A DNA stretch of 58,281 nucleotides, the filler included, from Sphacelaria rigidula (taxonomy: Eukaryota), in NCBI GenBank assembly GCA_964200075.2. It is 10 parts of 10 records of this genome, joined end to end, with 100 filler letters (N's around TTAATTAATTAA, not from the genome) between each part and the next. Parts side by side here need not be neighbours in the genome. Positions count along the whole stretch, not along the records: positions 23,356 to 29,093 come from CAXNAA020024842.1; positions 29,194 to 34,931 come from CAXNAA020024843.1; positions 35,032 to 40,769 come from CAXNAA020024844.1; 7 more parts are not named here. One strand, written 5' to 3'. Made by a program: the position numbers and the translations under genes. The notes beneath the pieces are model-generated. The model was not told the DNA's origin, searched no databases, and saw only the letters and a program-made list of their open reading frames with translations. Of the stretch, positions 23,933 through 35,890 are shown in pieces; position 1 is the first letter of the stretch; every line of letters begins with the position of its first letter.

Positions 23933-25452
23933 CCCTTTTGGAACTCACAATGAAAATTCATCATTTGCAATTGACGGTTTTTGAGCAAGATATGGTTGAT
24001 GGTTCATAGCTTAGACTTGAAATTTTTGGCCAAACGCGTATTTTCCAGACCCCTACGAGTGACAAGTGGAACAAGAGAAGGTTTCCTACTTTCTTGCTGC
24101 GATCAGTCGGCTTTTTTTTCTACACTCATGAGCTCCTTGCTCGGCCACAGTGCGCGGCAGGCTTCTGTGAAGCATGCTTCCCGCCGAACCTGCACGCCCT
24201 GCCCGCTGCAGTTTATACTCTTTGCAGTGTCATAGCAACAAGGGCAACGCCGATGGCACATTCGCTGAATGTATGAACTGGCGGCGTAATACAATCCCAG
24301 GCAGTCACCTTTCCGTGCCGCCGGGGGTGCTGCGACACTGCCCTGTACAGTACTAGGTGTGTTTACAGCAGTTTGGGGTAATCTCGACTGCAGACTCACG
24401 TCATGCACAACATCGTGCTCATGCACGTTCCGACAGCACCATCCCGCCCTTTGAAAAATGGGTAAAGCCGATGCAGACGCCATGTGCCCTGCAGTTATGC
24501 ACCGTCACTGTGGTGTAGAGTCTGCCAAGTGCCGTCGCCCCAGGGGTGATACCTTACTGCTTCGTGTCATGTATGTATTGTATTTTGAAAATATCTCTGT
24601 AAAACGCGGGGCATGCACAGAACTGCGCTCTGCCAAGTACGGGCCGACAATATCATACTTCAGGCTGACTATTACACAACGGCGTAGCGAAAGGCACAGT
24701 TGCCCCACCACATCTATACCGCGGGTTGATCGTTCCCGACCGTTGCATAGACATACATCATGCTGCATGAGATTCATGACGCCGGCTACCGCTGTCGTCT
24801 CGTGCCGTCTACTCTCGTGGCCGACTTTTCACGGCATGTCCATATTTATCTTGCACGGAGTGTAGCCGCAAGTCAATACTGTAACCTACTGTATTTACTG
24901 ACTGCAGTGTTTTTCATCTGGCCTGATTACGGTAGGCGGTGTCCGTCGGCTCCCTCCCGTGTACATGTATATCGCCTGTTCGGACGCCTGCGATTACACC
25001 CGCCATGTACCAGGCGCACAACCCACTGTGCCTTCCACGTGTGGTGACGGGATTTCGCTGGGTTCAGCCATACTGTGCTGTATGTACGGTGTGGCTTGGC
25101 AAACTCGCCACCCGATGCTGCAGCCCGTCAAAGCGGTGCTTCCCTTATATACAAATGCTAATATACACACGTGCCAGGTTGGACCCTGGAGCCCATTGCT
25201 ATTTTTTGAATGGAATGTTTCATAGTGGCTTTGCTGATTATTGTCGATGGATATGATTGGACACACTTCATCCGTTGCGTGGTATGATTGGACAAACCTT
25301 ACCCAAATTCTCCAGGGAGGACATTCTTCTTCGGTCTTCCATTATAAAAATGGTTGCCATCGGCCTATTCTGTTACCACGTTTTCCTCTTCGTCGGGGCT
25401 TCTCACATTAAGGCGTTTGGCCAGGGGACAGGAGGGGAGGGTTCCAAAAGGG
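23933..25452 (+). mobile_element. Non-autonomous/degenerate piggyBac element with TTAA TSDs
   Basis: TTAA(23929-32)-cccttttggaac ... gttccaaaaggg-TTAA(25453-56). Internal remnants RVDRSRPL (cf. GVDRSDQL) and C-terminal CAVC...RCCSPSKRCF resemble piggyBac transposase. Confidence 0.8.
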
Positions 25453-26006
25453 TTAAATCATTTCAAACCGCGTTTCTGATCGCACAGGGGTGCGTTCTCA
25501 CGACCCCTGTGCGAAATTCACGCCCTGTGCGATCACAGAGCAACTTACGGTAACTTGCTAACAACGCGCATAAACACGCATAAAACGCGCATAAAGTTGC
25601 GATATTTTTCTGCTCGCAAGTGCTCCATGTTGTGTAACTCGTCGCCAGACAGGCCGATAGGCGTCAGGCTTCAGGCTCCAACACTCAATACTTCAAATTT
25701 CCATGGTCATGTTTCGTGTTCCTATTTGGTTGCGGGTCTGAGCAGACTGCTCAATTTTATATTTATTACACATGGTACTATATTGCTTTCAAAAATGACA
25801 AGATGCTAAGTAAATTATACGCTTGTATTTTGTACAGCAGACACCAGACACCAGTAGTAACAACATCACCAACAGAGAGAAGTGATGACGAGTGATAGCA
25901 ACGTTTGTAACTCACGAGGTCATGACTGGCCTACTGTCCGAGAAGGACGACTTTTTGGTCCCGGCCTCAGGGGCGCACTCGGAGTAAGGTTTGCTGTCGT
26001 TGTGAG

Positions 26007-26195
26007 ATGACGAAAAGAACAGGCTTCCCAGTTGGTTATCTCGTGGGGATGGATATTGTACTTATCCAGCCATCGTCCGCGTCTATGGAGCGAGTGTTTT
26101 TGATTTTGAGGGGGTGCTCGAATTCCCGGCAGGAGAAGGCGTTTGGTGACCGGATCGAATCCGCAGTTATGATGAGGTACAATCGGTACCGGTAG
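26007..26195 (+). mobile_element. hAT transposase C-terminal dimerisation-domain fragment
   Basis: IVLIQPSSASMERVFLILRGCSNSRQEKAFGDRIESAVMMRYN matches the hAT [PS]SSA..ERVFS motif and the following helix. Confidence 0.75.
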
Positions 26196-26330
26196 TTCGA
26201 CAAGATTATCAAGTTCGACTGGTAGATGATGCGCGGGGGGGGGGGGGGGTGGGGCTGCTTTCTCTAAGGGGAAGAGGCAAAGGCTGTGAATTCCTTGTGT
26301 TTGAGTGCTAAAGAGCTTTGNNNNNNNNNN

Positions 26331-26364
<34 letters not shown>

Positions 26365-29300
26365 GCTTGTATCTTACAGGGCGAGAGGCCAAAGGCTGCA
26401 ATGCCCTGTGTCTAGAGGCTACGATGCCGTAGTGCTGCATCAAGTACCGCAAGTATAGTGGCGTTTGTTGTTGCCGTACGGGGGTTAGGGTGTAGGTGTG
26501 CAGGTTGTGGCCTCCAAACTCAGTAAATGAGGAAAAGCTTCAATTTTAGTTATAAATAATCGACAAAACTTCGAATGCCCAACTTGCCGTCTTGTCCTCA
26601 TGCTAGAAGGCGCGCCTCGTGAGGGGATACTGCCACAACGCCACAACAAGGAAGGGAATAAGGCGCATAAAGCGCGCCTAGTTTGTGCTAAAAAAGCTTA
26701 AAATGGGGCTTCTACACAAGAAAAAGCTATAAAAAACAAAACTCGAGCTTAACTTCAAGAAAAAACGCGCATACGGAAATAAAGCCTAGGTATATCTGGT
26801 TGTACGAGTGCACAGCACAAACGCCGCACCGGGGCGTTTCATAAGGCCAGCACTCCCTATTACTGACCAGGTTGTACAACTTGCACGAGTACTACTGACT
26901 GTCTAGTCTGTGCTGCGGCCTGAATTTGAATTTCAAAATGCGCGGCGAGTGTGAAGCAGCCTGGAGAGCAGCCATACAGTCAGCAGCACATCGCCTCCCC
27001 ACCTCACAGGACGCGAAACGCAGAGAATTTAGTCCCGAAACACGCAGAGTGGGGTACGAGTGTCTCATGCGCTGATTCGAATGGTGTTGGTGTTGAGCGT
27101 ATGGCGCATGCTGCACCGAACACCAGCCAAACTTCGCCTACCGACCGAACTGAAGAGGTGCCACGCTCTCTACTGGTGTCCGTTCTACAAAAGACAGCAA
27201 CACCGATAAGTACAACTTCTGACATACATGAAACGTGTTGATGGCCTTTATTCTATTCTCACCATCAATAGACTCGCTCAGGCCCCTCTCAGAAGGCATG
27301 TTCTTGACCTATCAGCAGATATGCAGAGGTGGACATGAACCTGGCCTCGCTCCCGTGCGCTATCTACTGTATTACCAACGGGAATGAACTTTCAGGATAG
27401 CTCGTTGTGGCGATGAAAAATTAGTATAAATGCTGGGCGCTACGTGATTTTTCCGCACTCAGTACAGTCAGCGAGCCCCTCGGCATTTCTCGTGTACTAC
27501 ACTCTACTGACTTCACTTCAATTCTACTCGTTTGGCATGGCGACGGTATTGAGGCGAGGTTTGCAAAACTTTGCGAAACTCAGCGAGAACCAAAAGGCAA
27601 GACGAGACATATTTCACAAGTACTCAGTTTTCGAGGACAACCAGTGCAGGCGATACAGCAGAAAACAAGACAGCAGGGTACATATACATTCTGTAGAGCA
27701 GCAGTAGTAGTCGATCACCTGCTTCAGTCGGATGAAAATGCATATTGTACATGACCCACGTGAGTCAGTAGACTCCATGCTGCTGGGACGGTGAAGACTA
27801 TGTTTGCACTGTACTGTACTAGGCGGTGTCCACAATGCGGCCAAAAGTACTTCTGCGCTTCCTCAGTTACTCGGTACGTATTGTTACACCGCGAAGGTCA
27901 TCAGATATTCGCTCAGACAGTCAACCTCAAGATCAAATTGTAACGGTAGGCGATTGTGCCGGACTGGACCGTTGGGAGCGAGGTTACTTCTCCCTACTCA
28001 ACGCTTCACCTGCCTGCTATCATGTACTCTGTGTTGGCCACAGCGGCAGCCTGTTATAACCGCCAAGCTTTCCAGTTTTAAGATGTTCACCAGATGTCGT
28101 ATCCATTCCTTCGCCTATTATACGAAGTAGATGATAAGTGCAACCCGTAACCTCGCAAGTCTGCTCGTGTCGGATTGTTGTACACCGTGACACACCGACG
28201 TTATCGTCAATGACAGGCGATAACAATATGAACTATGAACGTCCTGGCAAGGAGCTCCGTCAAATTGAAGAAAAGACACCAAGGCCTCACAAGTTGTCAT
28301 TTGTTGCTTTGGGGATCTAGGTGGTATCTGGTGATTATCATGCGCTCTCCACGGGTACATCCACAGTCCCTCATGTCCAGTACGCTGTGAACATGCGGTG
28401 GAATCTCCCCGCTTGGAGAGTAAGAGTCTAGACCCAAGGTCCCAAGGGGTTCAAGGCTACCAGGCGAAGGTGGTTGGTGAAGTCAAGTCATCTGGCTTCC
28501 AAAGACATTGAAAAGTACGACCGCTCTACTGCGTTTCGAGGTCAAATCGTACGGTATCGTGAGTTGTCATTTTATTCCCCTGTACTGTCTACATATTGGG
28601 CTTGTACCGAAAGACTACAGACGTCGAACCGAATATGATATTTACGCACAAAGTCTGAAGGATGATGCAGTCACGTCTTTTCCCGAAACATTACTCTTCT
28701 GCGGTGTAAAACATATGAAGTGGCGGCTCCAACGCGTCATGTCGGTGAACAATCCAGTAGATCGTGATGCATGAAATTGACCTCCTTGCGATCAACAAGA
28801 TTATTTTATCAAAAGGTGTAGACTGCACACCCTGGACGAAGAATACACTGTCAAAAAGTGTAATATGTACAGTATTGACTATTGCGCCTATTGCAGCAGA
28901 CAATAGATTCCATACTGCAAGCAGTATATATTTTTACAATATAATCTGTTGTCCAGGGTGTGGTAGACTGACGTCCAAAAAAGATGAGGCGACAACACAC
29001 CTATACACCATTGTACCCCATCACGCGCCACCAACACCCACACCAAACCATCCCACACACGCCACCCCCCACACCGCCACCCCCAACAAAACTNNNNNNN
29101 NNNNNNNNNNNNNNNNNNNNNNNNNNNNNNNNNNNNNTTAATTAATTAANNNNNNNNNNNNNNNNNNNNNNNNNNNNNNNNNNNNNNNNNNNNGTAGTCA
29201 TAAGACCATTGACCTCGCATTCCTACAAAGCCGGGACGGAGCACACCGGGTTTTCGCCGGACCACGGGGGTAACAACGTTTCCGTAAACTTCCGGCCCGA

Positions 29301-30631
29301 ATCAAACACCACCCAACTACACCCCCCGCCCCGCCTGCAGTGCAGCCCGCACCAAATGCGCCACACCCTTGAGCTGTTCAGCAACAAGAGGTAGTTCGGC
29401 TATGTGTGTTGACCACATGCACACTTTTTTTTTACGGTTCGCGTGATTGTATCATTTCCTGTTCGAAATTGTGAGACGGCGGTGCAGCTGGGAGGCCCTG
29501 GCTTATGCACGAGTGACTTCAGACTGTACAATACTGTACTGTGTTGTACTGTACCATTCAGCAAAAAACAGTTCGAGTTCAGTTGTAAGTGTTGACTATA
29601 TTCATGTACCACGGCAATTCTTGTCGGCGCGATCATGGCTACTGTACTGCTGCTGTACTGTTGAAAATTGTGAGACGGCAATGCGGGCAGCCCCGCCTGG
29701 TAGACGAATAACTGACTAACCGCAGCGTTGTGCTGTGGTGGCTGTGACGAGCGCATGTGCGTAGCAACGACCTTCCTATGCAGGCGTTGTGTTTCCATGA
29801 AAAAGACCTACAGCAGCGTTTTCGTGAGGTTGAGAGTCCAGGATACGATAAACTAGTGAATGAAATAGTTTCCCTTCCGAAATGCCGCTCCGGGCGTCAT
29901 ATGTGTTTCCTGTTGTAGCTCGTCCCTGAAGCCTTTGATACTCCTGAGTAGGGTATCGACGGGTAGTGTTGGCATACGACAGTGCTACAGGCACAGAAAA
30001 GCACACAAGATTTAAAAAAAACGTCAATTTAGAGCGAACAGAAGAAGTCACCCTCAATCAACAGCAGGACTCTCACCCTCACGGAAACCTCGTTTCACTC
30101 CAAACCGCCGGCCGGGGAGAAAAAAAAGGTGGCCTGCTGGCTCACGAGCGTCAAAGGGGCGTGAGACAGGCCTCAGGGTGAAGTTGGACATATCTTACCG
30201 AGTAGTTCTCCGTGGACACTACTAGGATAGTTGTACCATATTCTGATTGCTTTCTGCTTTTATGCTGTTGTAGGTTTCAAGAGAAAGCTGCAAGTGCTGG
30301 GGATAAGAGTGCTGGGGATAAGAGCTCAAACGGCCTATTTGCGTTCCTTGGTATGTCTTGCCTTACCGCTATGGTTTCGACCGTGTCAATCATGGGCCCG
30401 CGGAACAACAGCGTGCAACGTCCACCTGCAAGTATACAACGCCCACCTTCACCCTCCTCCCCCACCTTGCTCCGTCTCGCGAGGGATGCGCCATCACTGG
30501 TCAAACGACTAAGGCAAGCAACAATTGGATACGCCCCCCCCGCCCCCCCCGGCCCCCCTGGCCTCCGTTCCCCGGCTTTCCGTCGCATGTGTCTACTTTC
30601 CACTGCATTGCGCTTTCACCCTCAACAACAG

Positions 30632-33600
30632 GTGGACATAATGGCACCTGACACAGGCGGTGTCCTGGGATTGGATTTTTGCAACACATATGACCTTGAT
30701 CTCAACTTTGAGACGAGGGAAGCTAGGGTTTACTCTTCAGGAGCAGTGGACGATGGGATGATAGACACAGCTGGGCTAGAGGAGCTCTCCTGCGGCTATC
30801 TGCCGGGGGGAAAATTGGGCATGAAAATGGAACTGAACGGGTGAGAGTGACGCACGTGGGACTCCGGTCGACCGGCCCGAGTTTTCGGCCGGTTGGAGAG
30901 GTGGTCGGTGTGCTATTGAATCGTGGCGGAATAATGTTTTGGCATTTGCATCGGATATATGATGCTGGTTTTGTAGGTTTTCCTTGCAGCCGTGATGGGA
31001 AAACATTCTTGCTGCTGTCCGAGGATGCGAGTCAGCAAGTTGGTGTGGAAACATCACGCTCCACGTGGATAAAGACCTCATTAAACGAAAGATATACGAA
31101 CAAATCACTATTTCCAGGGTCGGACGAATGAATCATTCGTCCGGAAATTACTTGGTTTTAGTGTAATTGATGCATACCGTACGAATCAATCCTTAGGCCT
31201 TGTTTACAGCGTTGCATGCCAGGTACGCGCAGCCCAGGCACGTGGAATGGCGCGAAAATTGCGTGGAGACCTTTTTGGCCAGCGATCAACTTTTTTTTCT
31301 CTGTCGAGTAATCAGGCCTGAAAAATCGTGGATTTGGTGATTCGAATTGGCGATGATTCGTCCGAATCGTGCACTCTTCTACTCGGCATCAATCGCCAAA
31401 AGAACTGCAACAAGAACCGATTATCCACAGTTCTGGAGAGTGAGTCTATACACGTTCTACCTTCACGTCCGTATCCTAGTACGTGCCACTCGCTCTTGCC
31501 GTGCCTGGTGAAGGTCGTTCTCGCCACCATGTAGGCTTTTTGGGTATGACATGTTTTTGCCCACACGCTTTAACCGCTGCCGATCGATAACTCCTGTTTT
31601 CCCTTTCCCTTCGCCGAATACCTGTTCAATTCACTCTTCTGTTGCTTGTCATTTTCCAGGGGAGGTCCTTTCACTGCCGTCTTGGATCTCGCATCGAACA
31701 GCACGGCCGGGAATTGGGCAGCTGCCAGGGATCTGGATGTAACATCCATGGCGCAGGGGCAAACCAGCAGCTATCCGAGGGAGACGGGGCGATCGCGCCC
31801 ACTCATGTGTGCTCAATTTGACACGGTAAGGGCGAAGAACAAGCGAAAGTTTCAGGAGGATAACTGACCGCAAGCCTGTAGTTGTAATGATTACCGTATG
31901 GTTGAGGGCATCGAGGGAAACAACAGGGGATTACTCCAAGGGCAGGTTGGTTAGGGTATACCCAATACTCGGTATTTTGATTTTTTTTACTCTTGGTACG
32001 CAAACATTTGGATGGAATATTGAAATCGTGACCAATCTACCCATCATCTGGGTAGAGTATTTTAGATCATACCCAACAAACCCGAATTTCGGGTAGAGTA
32101 TTGAGGTCATACCCGAGTGATACTCTATGTCCAGGTATTGCTGGCCGTGCTTACCAAATATTCGGGTAAAGTGTTCAAGGTCATACCCAGTCTGCCCGAC
32201 ATGTGGGTAGAGTATTCGAGGCCGTACCCGATCTGCCCAAACCTTGGGTGGCATAAATACCCGGGCACTCTACCCGAGAACTCAAAAATACATACCCTAC
32301 CCGACCTGCCCATGGCTTTTTCGACCGAAAACATGTGGAGTAAAGATATGAAGGGGCACTTGACTTCTATCACGCAGACCATCACGCTGAATATCACCCG
32401 TTCACAGAACCATGCAAACCCCACACAACTTATTCTCGGCTACCGCCGCAACCCTGCGGCACAGAGAGCACGAGTTGGACACAGGGATAGATAAACTGCA
32501 GCAGTTGGCTATGATGTGTTTATTTTTTGTTGGCGAAAACTTGAGCATATTCTTTCACGGTAGGGATCGGTGACGGAACTGCGTGGTAGTGTGGGTGGAA
32601 GGCCGACTTGCGTACACTCATGGACAGACAGTGCACGCAGTACAAAACTACACCTCGTTCAAGTCCTTCTCACCTCGCACTGTAAGCAGAGAGTACAGAT
32701 AGTCCTGCACTGTCTGCAATGCACGTTGCCTGCTTCTCTTTCACATCCTACTGTACGAAACACGCATATACACACTCGGGCACATTGTATGCATACAGCG
32801 CAGATGAACAGTACTGTACTGTAGACAAGCGAACAAGTGCCGCTTCACGAATTTCAGCTTTTTTCGATCGAAATATTGCAATTTCGCTTGGTCCCAGCCC
32901 GCGATAAACGAACGAATTCGCTCAAATCAATGTCACCGCACTTTTTCATGGTCGGAAAACGTGCTCAAGACACGGCTTCACCCAGTATGTGGGCAAAGTA
33001 GTTCAGGTCGTACCCGATCTCCTAAACAAATGTGTAGAGTATTGAGGTCATACCAAAGTGATACTCTATACCCAGGTATAGATGAGAGTGTCAATATTCG
33101 GTTAGAGCACTTGAGGTCGTACCCACTCTACCCATGTCTTGGGTGGAGTAAATACCCAGGTATTTTACCCGAGTATTCAAAAGTACATACCCCACTCGAT
33201 CTACCCTTGGATTACTCATCACGGGTCCGTGTCGGCGCCGGCGGTTGCTTGAGGTGTACGCTCTGATTATCATGAAATACCTGTCACCAATCACGAAGGC
33301 TTGATTGCGGCACCAATCACGAGGGCTTGATTGCGACCAATTTGCAACCCGGTGACCTTTTGACGGCAACGGTGGGTCAGTCATTTTCCAAGTAAAGAAG
33401 ATGCCGATCCCCTGGATGACCTACCCTGGCAGTCAGAGGATCAAGTCTCTGTCTCTCCCACCCTCTTTTGCACCAGCCGTCTTGGCTCAGAGAGGGGTTA
33501 CAGGGATCCTTGGTTAGTATCTCTTTTCTTTTTTTGTAAACCCTGTTCTGTTGTGTGGTTGTACTTTTCAGATTCAGCTTGGGCACGTGTTACTCACTTC

Positions 33601-33832
33601 GGTGGTGGACGCCAAAACCGCTCGGGAAGGCCGATTAGCAGTGTACGTCGGCCATCTGTCGGAATTCGACGAAATAGCGGCAGACATATCGAGCAAGCCG
33701 CAGGGGCGACAACTGGCGCTTGTGGGGCAGGATTTAATTGCGCACAGTAGAATCGTACTTTCGTGTCGGTCGAAACGATTGTTCTTTGCCCCGCTTGAGG
33801 CCAACGATGTGTGGGCCGGACAAATTGTTTAG
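30632..33832 (+). CDS. Retropepsin-like (tandem-domain) aspartyl protease family protein; last three exons 30632-30840, 31660-31825, 33572-33832 (5' part missing)
   Basis: All junctions are AG/GT and phase-consistent (0/2, 2/0, 0/stop). Spliced peptide: ...GGVLGLDFCNTYDLDLNF...LGMKMELNGGGPFTAVLDLASNSTAGNWAAARDL...LALVGQDLIAHSRIVLSCRSKRLFFAP...*. It has two hydrophobic-G-x-D strand motifs and a DTG-position motif (DLA). Confidence 0.75.
31940..32310. mobile_element. MITE-like element rich in gaggtcataccc/tacccgag motifs; partial related copy ~32980-33210
   Basis: TIRs gggcaggttggttagggtat / ataccctacccgacctgccc, with repeated internal motifs. Confidence 0.65.
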
Positions 33833-35031
33833 CTGTTAGCTGCTGGGGAGAGCTTTTTTTGTTGACTTTGTTTTTGTTCAACCAGGGCTTTGATCACCAC
33901 ACTACTCTGCTATGTGTGACGCTCGTATCAGACATTGTGTTATTGTGGAAGAAGGAAGGCTCATCTAGTAGGAGGAGACACGCGAAGTCCGCATCTTGCC
34001 ACGTTTTCCTTCGGGTGAGGTTTTGGCTTGGTTTGGTATGTTTGCTTGCTAGCGCAGCTGTTCGTGTGATGGGATAAAGTCGAGGCGTCGGACGACATGG
34101 TCTAGAATAGATAAGGAGGGGGCGAATGGGGAGCATGCACGGACAGTCACCCTGCACCCCGACAAATGATATGATCGACCGATTATGCACCATTGTAGTC
34201 GCAACTATGGTACTACATAGTTCCTGGCTGGGTGGGTATGATGTGCAGGCGTGTTTTGTGCTCTGGTATGAGAGTCATCAACGTTTACAGCCACTCGCTC
34301 GCTTGAAGCCTTCCAGGCTTCGTTTGAAGCACCCCTGTCTCGTAAGGTGGAGAGGCGTGCTTGTGTGCTAACAGAGCCCGGGTGGCGATACCTACCATGA
34401 TGTCGCTGTGCACAAAAAGTTAGATTCCGGCCAGTGGGTGCGAATGGCCAGATAAAACAAAGAAGCTATTACAAAAGATCGGCCAAATTGGCGTAGTTAT
34501 CGCACATTTTTAGAGCTCTCCGTTGTAGAGCCTCTCATGCGATTATCCGTCACACGGCTGGCAGTGTAGCACATATTTGTCGTCCGCGTTAAGGCCACGC
34601 TTCCACCCCCTGGCATGACTGTTGAGTGCTGCCGAATCAGCTCTGTAGTAGGAACCAAGTTGGTTTCCAAAACGCAAGGTTGAGAGGGAAATGGATGGCG
34701 AAGAAGATATCTTACTCTGTTGTTTCCGGTTCCGTTGACTCTGTGCCGATTTATGGCACGAGCCAGGTGTCGCTCGCAAGCTGTGCTCACAGGATTGTTC
34801 CCGATGCCCCCTCTGTCTGCTACTTGTTGGTGTCGAGATAAGAGCGAAAAATATCTTGTTCGTTGCGAGTTATATTAGTGTAAGGCCGCTTCTTATAATA
34901 GACAAAAATAAAAACCCGGAAAACGTATTTTNNNNNNNNNNNNNNNNNNNNNNNNNNNNNNNNNNNNNNNNNNNNTTAATTAATTAANNNNNNNNNNNNN
35001 NNNNNNNNNNNNNNNNNNNNNNNNNNNNNNN

Positions 35032-35205
35032 CCACCCTCCATCGCCTAGTATAGCCATCGTTTTCTCCCCACCGTCTAATGCATCAGACGCGTTCATCCC
35101 ACCTTCGTTCACGTCCCGCATTTTCCCCTCTAGCACGTCCCGTTCCTCCTTGTATACTTCACACTCTGTCACTATATGATCTCTGCTCTCTATTGCTTTG
35201 CTGTC
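35032..35205 (-). mobile_element. 3' part of a LINE ORF2 (zinc-knuckle/C-terminal region) fragment
   Basis: AIESRDHIVTECEVYKEERDVLEGKMRDVNEGG...LDGGEKTMAILGD contains the E[ST]..H....C..Y...R motif of non-LTR retrotransposon C-termini. Confidence 0.7.
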
Positions 35206-35211
35206 GTTCGC

Positions 35212-35835
35212 CATGCCAAGTTTCAAATCACAATTCTAAAAATTGAGATGAAAAATTGAGATAGGGCCCAAGAGCAATGTTAATTTCTCCTCAAAACTCC
35301 CCTAAAAACACGATAGTAGATGAAAACTCCCCCGAAAAAACACGAAGAAGCTGCGTTCTTTAGTTCATTATGCACTAGCAGTTCTCTATACCAAATTCAT
35401 AGCACAACTCTTAAACACTGAGACGCGATATCCAGATTTAGGTCATCTAGTGCCTCTGCTCGTAATATACTGATTGTAGTATGGAAATTTATGTGCGCCA
35501 TATCTCGAGATAGATTACGATTCAGGTGAAGGTGAGGGTATCTATCATCTCCCCGTGCTCCAGGAAAGGTTCACAACAAAATCATCATCATCCGCCTAAT
35601 CTATCGTTCGGGGTTTCATATAGATTTTAGTGTGGACGTCATCTCCGCTAGGTATAGGAATTACTAGACATGAGGTTTAATCAACGAGAAAAAAATTGGC
35701 CCAGATTTTTGAGCAAATGGGCACCTTCCCCTTGACGAGACGATTAATACGGTATGCGGATCACGGCCCAACTCGTCTGTGTCGTTGAGATATCGCTTTG
35801 AGAGCTTAAATCCGTTTTTAGGCTGGCCCAGCTCG
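35212..35835. mobile_element. ~620-bp dispersed repeat (right part of a TA-flanked AGCTGGGCC-TIR DNA element); diverged copy at 41163-41783
   Basis: Colinear throughout (agtttcaaatcacaatt...ttatgtgcgccatat.tcgagatagat...aaattggcccaga.ttttgag...ggcccagctcg). Confidence 0.85.
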
Positions 35836-35890
35836 TAAGGCAAGCAACATAAGTCCCCCCCCCCCCACCGCTTTGTCTCTCGCCCTGCAG

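Noticed and set aside
30274..30350. Additional upstream exon of the aspartyl protease gene
   Set aside because: AG/GT sites exist, but the phase-compatible translation contains a 15-bp duplication and no family motif; unsupported without RNA data.
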